From: an uncultured Bacteroidota bacterium
GTDB lineage: Bacteria; Bacteroidota; Bacteroidia; Bacteroidales; FEN-979
Direction of reading: 5' to 3'
Length of the DNA: 58,568 bases
Assembly (NCBI GenBank): GCA_937862805.1
Contig: CALMDO010000200.1
Span: forward strand, 1 to 58,568
A program made the position numbers and the translations under genes. Shown one piece after another: positions 1 to 13,251 of this stretch. Position 1 is the first letter of the stretch. Each line of letters starts with the position of its first letter. Below the pieces are notes generated by a model. The model had not been told where the DNA came from, ran no database searches, and saw only the letters and a program-made list of their open reading frames with translations.

Positions 1-1511
1 ATCTCAGTAGGTTTCGACCAGGCGACAAACACAGATCCCTCTGTTTCACTGGTAGACTGGATGCTTACATTGGTGATGATGGCGACATCCTTTTTCAGGG
101 TAGCACAGGTTTCATTGGAGGCATAGCTTTCGGCACCGTCGGGGTAACGGGCGATCAGCATATAGCAATACCGGACGCCCCGGATCAGTCCTTCCCCCTG
201 GTTATCATCAAGCCAGGTTGTCGTGGTGATGTCGTCGATGGTCGCAATTTTTGTATAACCCAGGCGGGGAGGTACCCCGGTTTCACAAGAACCGGGCAGG
301 TAGCCGGTGGAATCTGCTTTGCGATAAAGGTTGAAACCATTGGCATTGTTACATTGATAAGGATCCCAGTTCAGTGTGATGGCGTTGCCCAGGGGCGTTG
401 CATGGAGGTTTTCAGGAGCCGGGCCGTTGACTTTTACCAGCATGGAGCGGATGGTGATCAGGTTTACCGGACTGGCATCGTCCTTCGCTTTGAAGAAGAC
501 CTGGTAAGGGTTGTTTCTTACCTGGTTGCAAACGGGATTCCACCTGAAGACGGCCAGAACTTCTCCATGTCCGGTCGCCGGATTGGGTACCATGAAGGCT
601 GAATCATGGGTCAGGATCAGGGGACCCCCTGTAGCCGTGAGGGTGATGTTGTTGCTGTCGGGATCGTATGTATGTATGGGGAAACGCAAGTTTTTTGTGG
701 CTTCCACGCAAGTATCGCCGATCGGGTCAATGACAGGCGGATGGTTGTTGCAGGCCACCACGATGATCTGCATATCGCGCAGGACGCTTCCTATTTTGGT
801 ACCGTTCCGCCATTCTTCGATGAGAATGGCAATGTTGTATTCACCCTGTTGAACGGGGCTGTCCCAAATAAAATCACCCGAAACAGGGTCAAGGCTCAAC
901 GAATGAGAAGCCTGGGGATAGGTATAGCCCGGGATTTCCAATCCCTGGGCTCCCCGGCAGGGAACCAGCCGGTAAGAGAGGCTGTCGCCATCGGCATCCC
1001 ACGCTCCCGGATTGTGATAAAAGGGCTGGTTGACGCAGCCGTTGTCGATCGGCGGGATCAGCAATTCCGGTGAGTTGTTGTAGCCTCCCAGGAATGGGTT
1101 GATGGTGAGCTCGGAATAGATGAAAAGGGGGGTGTTGATGGAGTTGGGGATGTTGAGGATACCCCCGTTGCGGTTCGGATCCTCACACGAAATAGTATAA
1201 GTCGCAGGGCCCGGGAAAATATGCTGGCCCACGTAACGGTTGAAGGTGATATCCCCTGCCAATGGCGTTTTTTCAACGCGGGGGATTTCCGACAAAGTAC
1301 CGTCACCCCAGTCAATGGTCAGATAATCGCGGTAGGCATTGGCCGGACTGGGGGTATAGGTGTATGAGATAAGGGTGATCTCGTAAGTGAGCCCTGAAAG
1401 GTGTCTGTAGAGGATTTCAGCCGCCCGCTGGTGTGTAGCCGACAAAGAGAGAGGAGCCATCAGGGGCAGAAACAGAAGAAAACAAATACGGTAGCATTTT
1501 CTGAGCAGCAT
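1..1511 (-). CDS. Large secreted cell-surface protein, N-terminal ~503 aa only (3' end runs off the window). Resembles the Bacteroidota 'gliding motility-associated C-terminal domain' / T9SS type-B cargo family.
   Basis: My own minus-strand translation from the ATG at 1511 gives MLLRKCYRICFLLFLPLMAPLSLSATHQRAAEILYRHLSGLTYEITLISYTYTPSPANAYRDYLTIDWGDGT...NPGAWDADGDSLSYRLVPC...CNNHPPVIDPIGD...LNWDPYQCNNANGFNLYRK. The frame stays open to position 1, which explains its absence from the ORF track. It has a signal peptide plus an ATH-x-RA-x-EI-x-YR start typical of that family. Confidence 0.7.
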   Translation of the reverse strand, partial: MLLRKCYRICFLLFLPLMAPLSLSATHQRAAEILYRHLSGLTYEITLISYTYTPSPANAYRDYLTIDWGDGTLSEIPRVEKTPLAGDITFNRYVGQHIFPGPATYTISCEDPNRNGGILNIPNSINTPLFIYSELTINPFLGGYNNSPELLIPPIDNGCVNQPFYHNPGAWDADGDSLSYRLVPCRGAQGLEIPGYTYPQASHSLSLDPVSGDFIWDSPVQQGEYNIAILIEEWRNGTKIGSVLRDMQIIVVACNNHPPVIDPIGDTCVEATKNLRFPIHTYDPDSNNITLTATGGPLILTHDSAFMVPNPATGHGEVLAVFRWNPVCNQVRNNPYQVFFKAKDDASPVNLITIRSMLVKVNGPAPENLHATPLGNAITLNWDPYQCNNANGFNLYRKADSTGYLPGSCETGVPPRLGYTKIATIDDITTTTWLDDNQGEGLIRGVRYCYMLIARYPDGAESYASNETCATLKKDVAIITNVSIQSTSETEGSVFVAWSKPTE

Positions 1512-1611
1512 CGCGGGTCGGGGTCGCTGGATCGGACCGTCAAAAGTAATAATTTTCTCCTCGCCGGTCAGATATCACCTGGTTAATTTCCCGGAGCTTC
1601 GCAAATTCATT

Positions 1612-1619
1612 TAACTTTG
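1612..1619 (+). promoter_or_regulatory. Bacteroidota-type -7 promoter box (TAACTTTG) for relA/spoT
   Basis: Matches the TAnnTTTG consensus and lies 26 nt upstream of the ATG at 1645. Confidence 0.45.
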
Positions 1620-1644
1620 CACAGTACCATGTAATACCTTGCGG

Positions 1645-3867
1645 ATGTACCAAGCTGACCCGGAAACTGAGAAGAGAGAGATACTGAAACGCTACAGGAA
1701 CTTGCTCAACCTCTGGAAACCACGACACCCCGAAGACAGGAAGAATGTCAGGAAAGCCTTCAAGATGGCGCTGGAGGCCCATAAGGACATGCGCCGTAAA
1801 AGCGGAGAACCCTATATTTATCATCCGTTGAGTGTAGCCACCATCGCGGCCGGTGAAATCGGGCTGGGCGCCACTTCTATCATCTGTGCCCTGCTTCACG
1901 ATGTAGTAGAAGATACAGAGTACACGATTGAAGATATCAGGGGTTTGTTTGGTGAGAAAGTGGCCGGGATTATCGACGGCCTGACCAAGATCAAAGGGAT
2001 CTTCGACCAGCGGACCGCCTCCATTCATGCCGAGAATTTCAAAAAAATTCTGCTTACCCTCTCCGATGATGTCCGGGTCATTCTGATCAAACTGGCCGAC
2101 CGGTTGCACAACATGCGGACCCTCGATGCGCTGAGCACCGAGAAACAACTTAAAATTTCTTCTGAAACTACCGTTCTTTACGCTCCGCTGGCTCACCGGC
2201 TGGGGCTTCACGCCATTAAAAGCGAACTGGAAGATCTGGCGCTAAAATACACTGAACCGACAGTGTATGAAACCATCCAACGGAAGTTGAGAGAATCGGC
2301 AAAGGGCCGTTTACGGTTTGTGAACAAATTTATCTATCCTGTAAAAAAAGATCTGGCCGACAAAGGATTCCGCTTCACCATCCAGGCCAGAGAAAAATCC
2401 ATCGCTGCCATCTGGCAGAAAATGAAGAAAAAAGAGATTCCTTTCGAAGAGATCTACGACCTGTTCGCCATCCGGATTGTCATCGATTCTGCCATGGAAA
2501 CGGAAAAATCGGATTGCTGGAAGGTCTATGCCGCAATCACTGACCATTACCGTCCGAACATGGAGCGTTTGCGCGACTGGATCTCCATCCCCAAAGCCAA
2601 TGGTTATGAAGCCCTGCATACTACGGTCATGAGTCATACCGGACAATGGGTTGAAATACAGATCCGTTCGCGCCGGATGGATGATATCGCTGAAAAGGGA
2701 TATGCTGCTCACTGGAAATACAAGGAGTCGATGAGCCTGAACAGTCAGCTCGATAACTGGCTCGACCGGATCAAAGAGATGATTGAAAGTCCGGATGCCA
2801 ATGCCCTCTCCTTTATCGACGACGTGAAAGGCTACTTCTTTCTTGATGAGATTTCTGTCTTTACACCCCAGGGAGAACTTCGTACTTTACCGGCCAATTC
2901 GACGGTCCTCGACTTCGCTTATGCGATCCACAGTGAATTGGGAGATACCTGTATCGGCGCCAAAATCGATAAAAAACTGGCACCTATAAACCAGGTATTG
3001 AAGAATGGCCAGCAGGTGGAACTCATAACCTCCCGCAAGCAATCCCCTAAAGAAGAATGGATCCAATATGTGGTAACTACCCGTGCTAAAAGTCACATCA
3101 AATTGGTAGTCAGGGATGAGAAAAAGAGATACACCAGACAGGGCAAAGAAAAACTGTGCCAGTGGTTCCATCAAACCGGGATCGATTGTACGCACGAGAA
3201 TACGGTGAAATTTCAATCGGCTTACCATTATAACACACTGGTTGATCTTTACTATGATGTGGCCCGGGATCGTCTCGGAATAAAAGATATAAGGTTATTT
3301 GCAGCCAATAATCTTCGTGATGGATGGATCAGTTTTATCAACAAAAACAACACTAAAAAGAACCGCAAGGCCGTTGCTGCCAATAACCTGAGAGAAGCAA
3401 CAGTCCCACACGAAGATTTCAGGCAACAGGATTCACTCATCCTGGTTCAGCCTGATTTCACGGTAGCTTCCTGCTGTAACCCGATTCCCGGAGATGAGGT
3501 CATCGGGCTGAAAATCTCCGAAAACCTCCCTGTCCAGATACACCGCACCAAATGCCCCACCGCACAGGAACAGATCTCAATGTTCGGTAACCAACCACTT
3601 AAACTGGACTGGACCAGTCAGACCTCTATCTCCTACCTGACCCATATCAAGGTTTCAGGTATGGACCGGATAGGTCTCATCAGTGAGATTACCCGCATCA
3701 TTTCGAGTGAGCTCAGTCTGAATATCCAATCCTTTCATATTGATGCACAAAACGGTCTGACTCAGGGAGAGATCAATCTCTACGTGCAGGATACTTCGGT
3801 TTTGCGTGATTGTTTATTGAAAATTAAAAATGTAGAGGGAATAGTAAAGGTCACACGGATCGATTAA
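1645..3867 (+). CDS. relA: Bifunctional (p)ppGpp synthetase/hydrolase, RelA/SpoT (RSH) family
   Basis: ORF 1639..3867. It carries an HD hydrolase motif (HDVVEDT), a synthetase region (YRPNMERLRDWISIPKANGYEALHTTV), a TGS region (VFTPQGELRTLPANSTVLDFAYAIHSELG) and an ACT-like C-terminus. The first ATG is at 1645; the track start at 1639 is TTG. Confidence 0.95.
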   Translation: MYQADPETEKREILKRYRNLLNLWKPRHPEDRKNVRKAFKMALEAHKDMRRKSGEPYIYHPLSVATIAAGEIGLGATSIICALLHDVVEDTEYTIEDIRGLFGEKVAGIIDGLTKIKGIFDQRTASIHAENFKKILLTLSDDVRVILIKLADRLHNMRTLDALSTEKQLKISSETTVLYAPLAHRLGLHAIKSELEDLALKYTEPTVYETIQRKLRESAKGRLRFVNKFIYPVKKDLADKGFRFTIQAREKSIAAIWQKMKKKEIPFEEIYDLFAIRIVIDSAMETEKSDCWKVYAAITDHYRPNMERLRDWISIPKANGYEALHTTVMSHTGQWVEIQIRSRRMDDIAEKGYAAHWKYKESMSLNSQLDNWLDRIKEMIESPDANALSFIDDVKGYFFLDEISVFTPQGELRTLPANSTVLDFAYAIHSELGDTCIGAKIDKKLAPINQVLKNGQQVELITSRKQSPKEEWIQYVVTTRAKSHIKLVVRDEKKRYTRQGKEKLCQWFHQTGIDCTHENTVKFQSAYHYNTLVDLYYDVARDRLGIKDIRLFAANNLRDGWISFINKNNTKKNRKAVAANNLREATVPHEDFRQQDSLILVQPDFTVASCCNPIPGDEVIGLKISENLPVQIHRTKCPTAQEQISMFGNQPLKLDWTSQTSISYLTHIKVSGMDRIGLISEITRIISSELSLNIQSFHIDAQNGLTQGEINLYVQDTSVLRDCLLKIKNVEGIVKVTRID

Positions 3868-3904
3868 AATTTATTTTTATTTGTTCTAAATAGTCTCAAA
3901 GTTG

Positions 3905-3912
3905 TACCTTTG
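3905..3912 (+). promoter_or_regulatory. -7 promoter box (TACCTTTG) for the fur-like/purA pair
   Basis: Matches TAnnTTTG and lies 17 nt upstream of the ATG at 3929. Confidence 0.45.
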
Positions 3913-3928
3913 ACCCAAAATTCAGGTC

Positions 3929-4381
3929 ATGATCAAGAAAATCACCGAAGATGCCTTCGAAAATGTCCGGAAACGTTTCACGGACTACCTGGAGGAGCAC
4001 GGACATCGAAAGACTCCCGAGCGGTACACGATTCTCAGGGAAATTTTCGCCACGGAAGGACATTTTGATATTGAAACCCTTTATATCCGGATGAAGAACC
4101 ATAAATACCGGGTCAGCAGGGCAACGCTGTACAATACCATCGAACTGCTTTTGGATTGTGGATTGGTGACCAAACATCAGTTTGGCACCAACTATGCCCA
4201 GTTTGAAAAATCCACTTTGCTAAAACAGCACGATCATTTTATTTATGATGACTCAGGGGAGGTTCTCGAGTTTTATGATCCCCGGATTGAAGCCATCCGT
4301 GAAGAGATCGAGAAAAAGTTTAATGTCAGGGTTACCCATTACGCATTGACTTTTTACGGACACAATAATTCCAAACAATAA
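3929..4381 (+). CDS. Fur-family transcriptional regulator (Cys-less variant)
   Basis: 150 aa. It has a winged-helix N-terminus ([14 protein letters not shown]...[21 protein letters not shown]) and a Fur-like HDH motif (QHDHFIY). No CxxC pairs are present. Confidence 0.8.
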   Translation: MIKKITEDAFENVRKRFTDYLEEHGHRKTPERYTILREIFATEGHFDIETLYIRMKNHKYRVSRATLYNTIELLLDCGLVTKHQFGTNYAQFEKSTLLKQHDHFIYDDSGEVLEFYDPRIEAIREEIEKKFNVRVTHYALTFYGHNNSKQ

Positions 4382-8692
<4,311 letters not shown>

Positions 8693-8711
8693 TCAGCAAA
8701 ATTATGATTTT

Positions 8712-9947
8712 TTATTCAAACTCGGCCTTTAATATGCGAATTACTTCACGGATGGTCTCCTCTTCGAGGTCGGTACGTTTAACCAATTCATCGATCGGGA
8801 GGTCGAGAACACTCTTTGCCGTATCGCAACCAATCGCTTTCAGAACGTCGATGATCCACTGATCGATTTCATCCGAAAATTCCTGTATGTCGACATCTTC
8901 GTTATCCACATCGGTATCTCTGTAAACATCAATCTCATAACCAGTGAGTTTCCCCGCCAGCTTGATATTGAAACCCCCTTTCCCGATAGCCAGTGAAACC
9001 TGGTCGGGTTTCATGTAGACATCGGCTCTTTTCTCCTCATCATTGATGACGATGGTTGAGACTTTGGCCGGACTTAATGCCCGTTGAATAAACAACGAGG
9101 GGTTAGTGGTGAAATTGATCACGTCAATGTTCTCATTTTTCAGCTCCCTTACGATTCCATGGATGCGGCTGCCTTTCATTCCGACACAGGCACCTACCGG
9201 ATCGATTCGGTCGTCGTAAGATTCCACGGCAATTTTGGCCCTTTCACCGGGAACCCTGACGATTTTTTTAATACTGATCAGGCCGTCGTAAACCTCCGGT
9301 ACTTCTGCTTCGAAAAGTCTTTCCAAAAAGGATTCCGAAGTTCTTGAAAGAATGATTACCGGGGTGTTGTTCTTCATCTCCACCCGTGAAACCACAGCTC
9401 TCAGGGAATCTCCCTTACGGTAAAAATCTGAAGGGATCTGCTCCGATTTGGGAAGGATCAGTTCGATGCCTTCGTCATCGAGGACCAGAATCTCCTTTTT
9501 CCAGACCTGGTAAACTTCGCCGGCGATGATCTCCCCGATCTTATCACGGTATTTGTTGTAAATATTGTTTTTTTCGTATTCCTGAATTTTGGATATCAGG
9601 TTTTGACGGATTGCAAGGATCTCGCGCCGACCAAAACTGCCCAACTTGACCTCTTCCGAAAGTTCTTCCCCGACTTCAAAATCGGGTTCGATCTTAACTG
9701 CTTCAGATAAAGGAACCTGGGTATTTTCATCTTCAACGGCACCATCTTCAACAATCACCCTCGACCTGAAAATTTCCAGGTCTCCTTTGTCGATGTTTAC
9801 AATGATGTCGAAATTATCGGCTGATCCGAAACGTTTGGTCAGCATGTGCTTGAATACATCTTCGAGGATGCTCATCATGGTTTCCCTGTCGATATTCTTG
9901 AATTCCTTAAATTCGGAAAAGGTCTCGACTAAATTCAGATGTTCCAT
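8712..9947 (-). CDS. nusA: Transcription termination/antitermination factor NusA
   Basis: 411 aa with S1/KH-type regions (e.g. PGERAKIAVES...DPVGACVGMKGSRI). It sits between rimP and infB. Confidence 0.95.
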   Translation of the reverse strand: MEHLNLVETFSEFKEFKNIDRETMMSILEDVFKHMLTKRFGSADNFDIIVNIDKGDLEIFRSRVIVEDGAVEDENTQVPLSEAVKIEPDFEVGEELSEEVKLGSFGRREILAIRQNLISKIQEYEKNNIYNKYRDKIGEIIAGEVYQVWKKEILVLDDEGIELILPKSEQIPSDFYRKGDSLRAVVSRVEMKNNTPVIILSRTSESFLERLFEAEVPEVYDGLISIKKIVRVPGERAKIAVESYDDRIDPVGACVGMKGSRIHGIVRELKNENIDVINFTTNPSLFIQRALSPAKVSTIVINDEEKRADVYMKPDQVSLAIGKGGFNIKLAGKLTGYEIDVYRDTDVDNEDVDIQEFSDEIDQWIIDVLKAIGCDTAKSVLDLPIDELVKRTDLEEETIREVIRILKAEFE

Positions 9948-9959
9948 TGCTTGGTAATT

Positions 9960-10415
9960 CTACTTTTTAAAGGTTATAACTTCTTTGGCTCTCTTTATGT
10001 CCTTATACAAGACCATTTTTTTTTCAATGGCCGTGTTTATTTTCCTTTTATCAGTGGCGATTTCCAGCTCTACGACTTCATCGTCACAACGAACGAGTTT
10101 TCCTGTAAATTGCTGGTCCTCATTTGTTAAGATCTCAATCATCCGCCCCGTGTTCTTTTTGAACTGCCGGGGAAGCAGGAGCGGACGGTCGATGCCTGCC
10201 GAGGAGACGGTCAGATCAAAATCTTCCTTGTCCCTGTCCAGCGTGCCTTCCAGTTGCCTGCAGAGATGGTGACAGGCGTCGATGGTCACCCCATGGTCGC
10301 CATCAACGTACACTGTGATCTTGTTGCCCGGTTTGACCACAGCCTCCACAAGAAACAGATCGCTTCCCTCGAGGAGTCGTTCGGTTATTGAGATAATCTG
10401 CGTTCGGTTAATCAT
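9960..10415 (-). CDS. rimP: Ribosome maturation factor RimP
   Basis: 151 aa, in the conserved first position of the rimP-nusA-infB operon. Confidence 0.9.
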   Translation of the reverse strand: MINRTQIISITERLLEGSDLFLVEAVVKPGNKITVYVDGDHGVTIDACHHLCRQLEGTLDRDKEDFDLTVSSAGIDRPLLLPRQFKKNTGRMIEILTNEDQQFTGKLVRCDDEVVELEIATDKRKINTAIEKKMVLYKDIKRAKEVITFKK

Positions 10416-10423
10416 GGATCATC

Positions 10424-10451
10424 AATAAAAGAGGGGACTTGTTGTCCCCTC
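10424..10451 (-). terminator. Terminator-like hairpin plus T-run in the rimP leader (candidate attenuator)
   Basis: Read on the minus strand: GAGGGGAC-aacaa-GTCCCCTC (8 bp stem, 5 nt loop) followed by TTTTATT. It ends 8 nt before the rimP ATG at 10415. Confidence 0.5.
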
Positions 10452-10476
10452 ATCGCTACACATTTGTAATCGGGTG

Positions 10477-10484
10477 CAAAGATA
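10477..10484 (-). promoter_or_regulatory. -7 promoter box (TATCTTTG on the minus strand) for rimP-nusA-infB
   Basis: The plus strand reads caaagata, which is TAnnTTTG on the minus strand. It lies upstream of the leader hairpin. Confidence 0.4.
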
Positions 10485-10516
10485 CATAATATTTCCTGAT
10501 TCCCAAATCTTTTCAA

Positions 10517-10524
10517 TAATTTTG
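10517..10524 (+). promoter_or_regulatory. -7 promoter box (TAATTTTG) for the propeller gene
   Basis: Lies 19 nt upstream of the ATG at 10543, which supports that start over the GTG at 10474. Confidence 0.4.
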
Positions 10525-10542
10525 TCTTTGAAAAAGCCCTTT

Positions 10543-12657
10543 ATGGCAACCTTTCGCGGCATTTCAACCTTGGTTTTGCTCCTCTTTTTTCCTCTTTTCG
10601 CGGAAGCGCAATGGCGTTATGTGAACCCGACAGGCACTGCCGACAACTATGCTGCGATTCATTTCGTCACTCCCGATCAGGGATGGGCGCTGACAACCCA
10701 CGGAGCACTGATGAAATACCAGGGCGACGGAACGGAGTGGGAAAGGGTTGAAGGGCAAGGCCCTCCCGACGGTTTTTACCTTGATATGGTCTTTACATCC
10801 CCGCTCACCGGTATAATTACCGGTAAAGGAGGCGTTATCCTCTCCACCCGCGACGGAGGTAACAACTGGGATACCCTTTTTTCGGAAACCACCACCAACC
10901 TGCAATCGGTTTTCATGGTTACCGATTCGACCGGCTACATTGTCGGTTTGAACGGAACGGTACTGAAAACCCATGACGGAGGAACGACCTGGACTTTACT
11001 TCCGCAGACCACCGACCGGAGTTTTTACGACTGTTGGTTTACCTCTCCTGTTAAAGGATTCGCCGCCGCCGATCAAGCGCTTTTCCAGACCACCGATGGG
11101 GGAGCCTCGTGGGTATTAGCCTCCCTGGCCGATTCGGGAGGAAACTTCATCCGGGTGGCTTTCAGGGATTCGCTCCAGGGGTTCGCTGTCGGTCGCAAAG
11201 GAACGGTTTACCGTACAACCGATGGAGGAAACAGTTGGAACCGGATACCCACTCCGACCGACCATTACCTTTCGGGAATCGCACTGACCGGTTCTTCAAC
11301 GGTTTTCATCAGCGGAAGCGGGGGACTGATCCTCAGGAGTGTGGATGCAGGAGTGACCTGGGAGTTACTCGAAACCGGTTTCCCTTATGATCTTGGCAGC
11401 ATCGTCTTTACCAATCTTCTTAAAGGATTCGTTGCCGGCCCTTTGGGGGCGCTATTGCAAACAGACGACGGTGGAGAACACTGGAAACCCGCCACCTTCG
11501 TCACTCTTGAACACCTCTGGGACTGTTCTTTTGCAGATGAAAACCACGGTTTGATTTGCGGGGAAACAGGAACCTTTCTCAAGACGATCGATGGCGGAAA
11601 AAGCTGGTCAAAGATACAGGGCGTATCCACAGGTGTCATGACTACTGTTTGTCTGGTCAATCAGTTGACGGCTTATGCTGCCGGAGAAGAAGGGTTGCTT
11701 CTTAAAACCACTGACGGCGGCGCAACCTGGAATGTGATGCAGGTGCCGGCCCATGTCAGGTGGCAGCAACTCTGGTTCAACACGGCGGACGAGGGTTTTT
11801 TGGTTGGCATTACGCCGGTTATATGGCACACCACCAATGGAGGAGCAACCTGGGATCCGTACGATTCCGGAACCAGCAGTGCCCTGAATTCCATTGGTTT
11901 CAACGGGAAAACCGGTTTTGCCTGCGGATCCGGAGGCATGGTTCTCAAAACGACGGATGGGGGCACCTCATGGAACAGGATCGTGGTACCGGAATTATTG
12001 GAGGCCAACCTGAATAAGCTGGACTGTATCAACGAAAATGTTTGTTATATAACAGGAAATCAGACGATTGGAAATGAAACGATCATGTTTTTCGCGGCTA
12101 CCCACGATGGAGGGGTGAGCTGGCAGGTGAAAACTTTTGCTTTTTATCCTTCCAAGGTTTTTTCGGCCCTCGATTTTTTGGATGATCAGACCGGTTACGC
12201 CGGTGGTGACGGATTTATTTGGAAAACCACCGATGGAGGGGTACAGTGGACAGATCAAACTCCCGTTGCCGGATTAGCCAGCCCCAACGATCTGTGCTTT
12301 ATCAACAACCAAAAGGGATTTGCTGTTTCCTGGTTCGGACAATTGTTATCCACTGACAACGGTGGAGGAACGGAAGTTTTGGAACTACCTGACAGTGAAA
12401 ATAATGATTTACTTGCTGTATGGCCTAATCCGTGCAAAGGATTGACCCGGATCATTTACCATGTAACCTCCCCTGGTCGTGTAAGGCTGGTAATATCCGA
12501 TATTTTCGGAAGAATCACTGCCACCCTTGCGGATGGCCACCATGAGCCAGGCTGGTATGAAACGAAAGTGGAAAGCGACCGGTGGAGATCGGGTTTTTAT
12601 TTTTGCAGGATGCTTTCGGTGACCAACAGCAGTGTGATCCGGTTGATCAGGCAATAG
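10543..12657 (+). CDS. Secreted Asp-box (BNR)/Ycf48-like repeat protein, about 14 blades, with a T9SS C-terminal sorting domain
   Basis: ORF 10474..12657; the likely start is MATFRGISTLVLLLFFPLFAEAQ (signal peptide). There are about 13-14 copies of x-T-x-DGG-x-(S/T)-W, e.g. STRDGGNNW, KTHDGGTTW, QTTDGGASW, KTTDGGATW. The C-terminus (AVWPNPCKGLTRIIYHV...FYFCRM) is T9SS type-A-like. Confidence 0.85.
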   Translation: MATFRGISTLVLLLFFPLFAEAQWRYVNPTGTADNYAAIHFVTPDQGWALTTHGALMKYQGDGTEWERVEGQGPPDGFYLDMVFTSPLTGIITGKGGVILSTRDGGNNWDTLFSETTTNLQSVFMVTDSTGYIVGLNGTVLKTHDGGTTWTLLPQTTDRSFYDCWFTSPVKGFAAADQALFQTTDGGASWVLASLADSGGNFIRVAFRDSLQGFAVGRKGTVYRTTDGGNSWNRIPTPTDHYLSGIALTGSSTVFISGSGGLILRSVDAGVTWELLETGFPYDLGSIVFTNLLKGFVAGPLGALLQTDDGGEHWKPATFVTLEHLWDCSFADENHGLICGETGTFLKTIDGGKSWSKIQGVSTGVMTTVCLVNQLTAYAAGEEGLLLKTTDGGATWNVMQVPAHVRWQQLWFNTADEGFLVGITPVIWHTTNGGATWDPYDSGTSSALNSIGFNGKTGFACGSGGMVLKTTDGGTSWNRIVVPELLEANLNKLDCINENVCYITGNQTIGNETIMFFAATHDGGVSWQVKTFAFYPSKVFSALDFLDDQTGYAGGDGFIWKTTDGGVQWTDQTPVAGLASPNDLCFINNQKGFAVSWFGQLLSTDNGGGTEVLELPDSENNDLLAVWPNPCKGLTRIIYHVTSPGRVRLVISDIFGRITATLADGHHEPGWYETKVESDRWRSGFYFCRMLSVTNSSVIRLIRQ

Positions 12658-12683
12658 AAAACCCGGCCGAAAGGGGGCCGGGT
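12658..12683 (-). terminator. Intrinsic terminator downstream of the small minus-strand ORF
   Basis: ACCCGGCC-(7 nt loop)-GGCCGGGT stem, followed on the minus strand by TTTT. It lies 32 nt after the stop at 12715. Confidence 0.5.
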
Positions 12684-12714
12684 GAGCAAGGGGATGTCGG
12701 GGGAGGCGGTCTTT

Positions 12715-13041
12715 TTACTGATCCGAAAAATCGGCTTCGTCCGGTGTTATAGGTTGTAAATGGTTGGTTGTGAGTGAATCGGAAATTAAGGATTCTTCAA
12801 AATCGGCTACAACAGGAACAGCCGGTGAAAGCAGGGTGAGATCTACCTGTAAGGCCGTGTCTGTGACGGCATCGCTGAAGTCGGCAACCCTGGGAACCGA
12901 GGGCACAAGACCCGGGAATGTAAGCAGTGTTTCAGTGTTGTGATCTGTATTTTTGATCAGATCTCCCGATAAAGTGCCTGCATTAAGAACAGAAAGTTGA
13001 AGGGTCAGCAGGGCGGTCAGTATGAAGGTTGTTGTTTTCAT
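12715..13041 (-). CDS. Small secreted hypothetical protein with three P-x-x-ADF-(S/E)-(D/E) repeats
   Basis: 108 aa with signal peptide MKTTTFILTALLTLQLSVLNAG. The repeats are VPRVADFSDA, VPVVADFEES and TPDEADFSDQ. It has an A-rich leader and its own terminator hairpin. Confidence 0.6.
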   Translation of the reverse strand: MKTTTFILTALLTLQLSVLNAGTLSGDLIKNTDHNTETLLTFPGLVPSVPRVADFSDAVTDTALQVDLTLLSPAVPVVADFEESLISDSLTTNHLQPITPDEADFSDQ

Positions 13042-13251
13042 GTTTTTGGTTTTTTTGTTGTTTTGGTGATAAGACGATTCGGATTTCTAATTGTTACGAT
13101 GGAATGGATGAAACCGGGTAAGCAATCGACGAAAGGGGGAAAATTCCCGGTCAGAAGATTTTTATAGGACCATCCGGGAGTTATTATATCGGGGAAACAG
13201 GAATATTAGTCTGATAAGATATTGAAAAACACCTAATTATAGGTTTTTACT

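Noticed and set aside
1540-2211. 223-aa minus-strand ORF overlapping the relA/spoT 5' region
   Set aside because: It lies entirely antisense to a strongly recognisable RSH gene, has no recognisable motifs, and crosses the relA promoter.
10016-10024. Homopolymer runs inside coding regions (A9 in rimP, A9 in sucB at 44488..44496, A8 in skp at 36796..36803) as possible phase-variation or slippage sites
   Set aside because: All encode Lys-Lys in housekeeping genes with intact frames. These lengths are ordinary for Lys-rich coding sequence, and nothing in the sequence suggests switching.
10474-10542. GTG-initiated 23-codon N-terminal extension of the propeller protein; likewise the 36409 start of skp, the 31260 start of nadK and the 44971 start of sucB
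   Set aside because: In each case an internal ATG gives a proper signal peptide or canonical N-terminus and sits 17-30 nt downstream of a TAnnTTTG box. The extensions overlap upstream genes or promoters.
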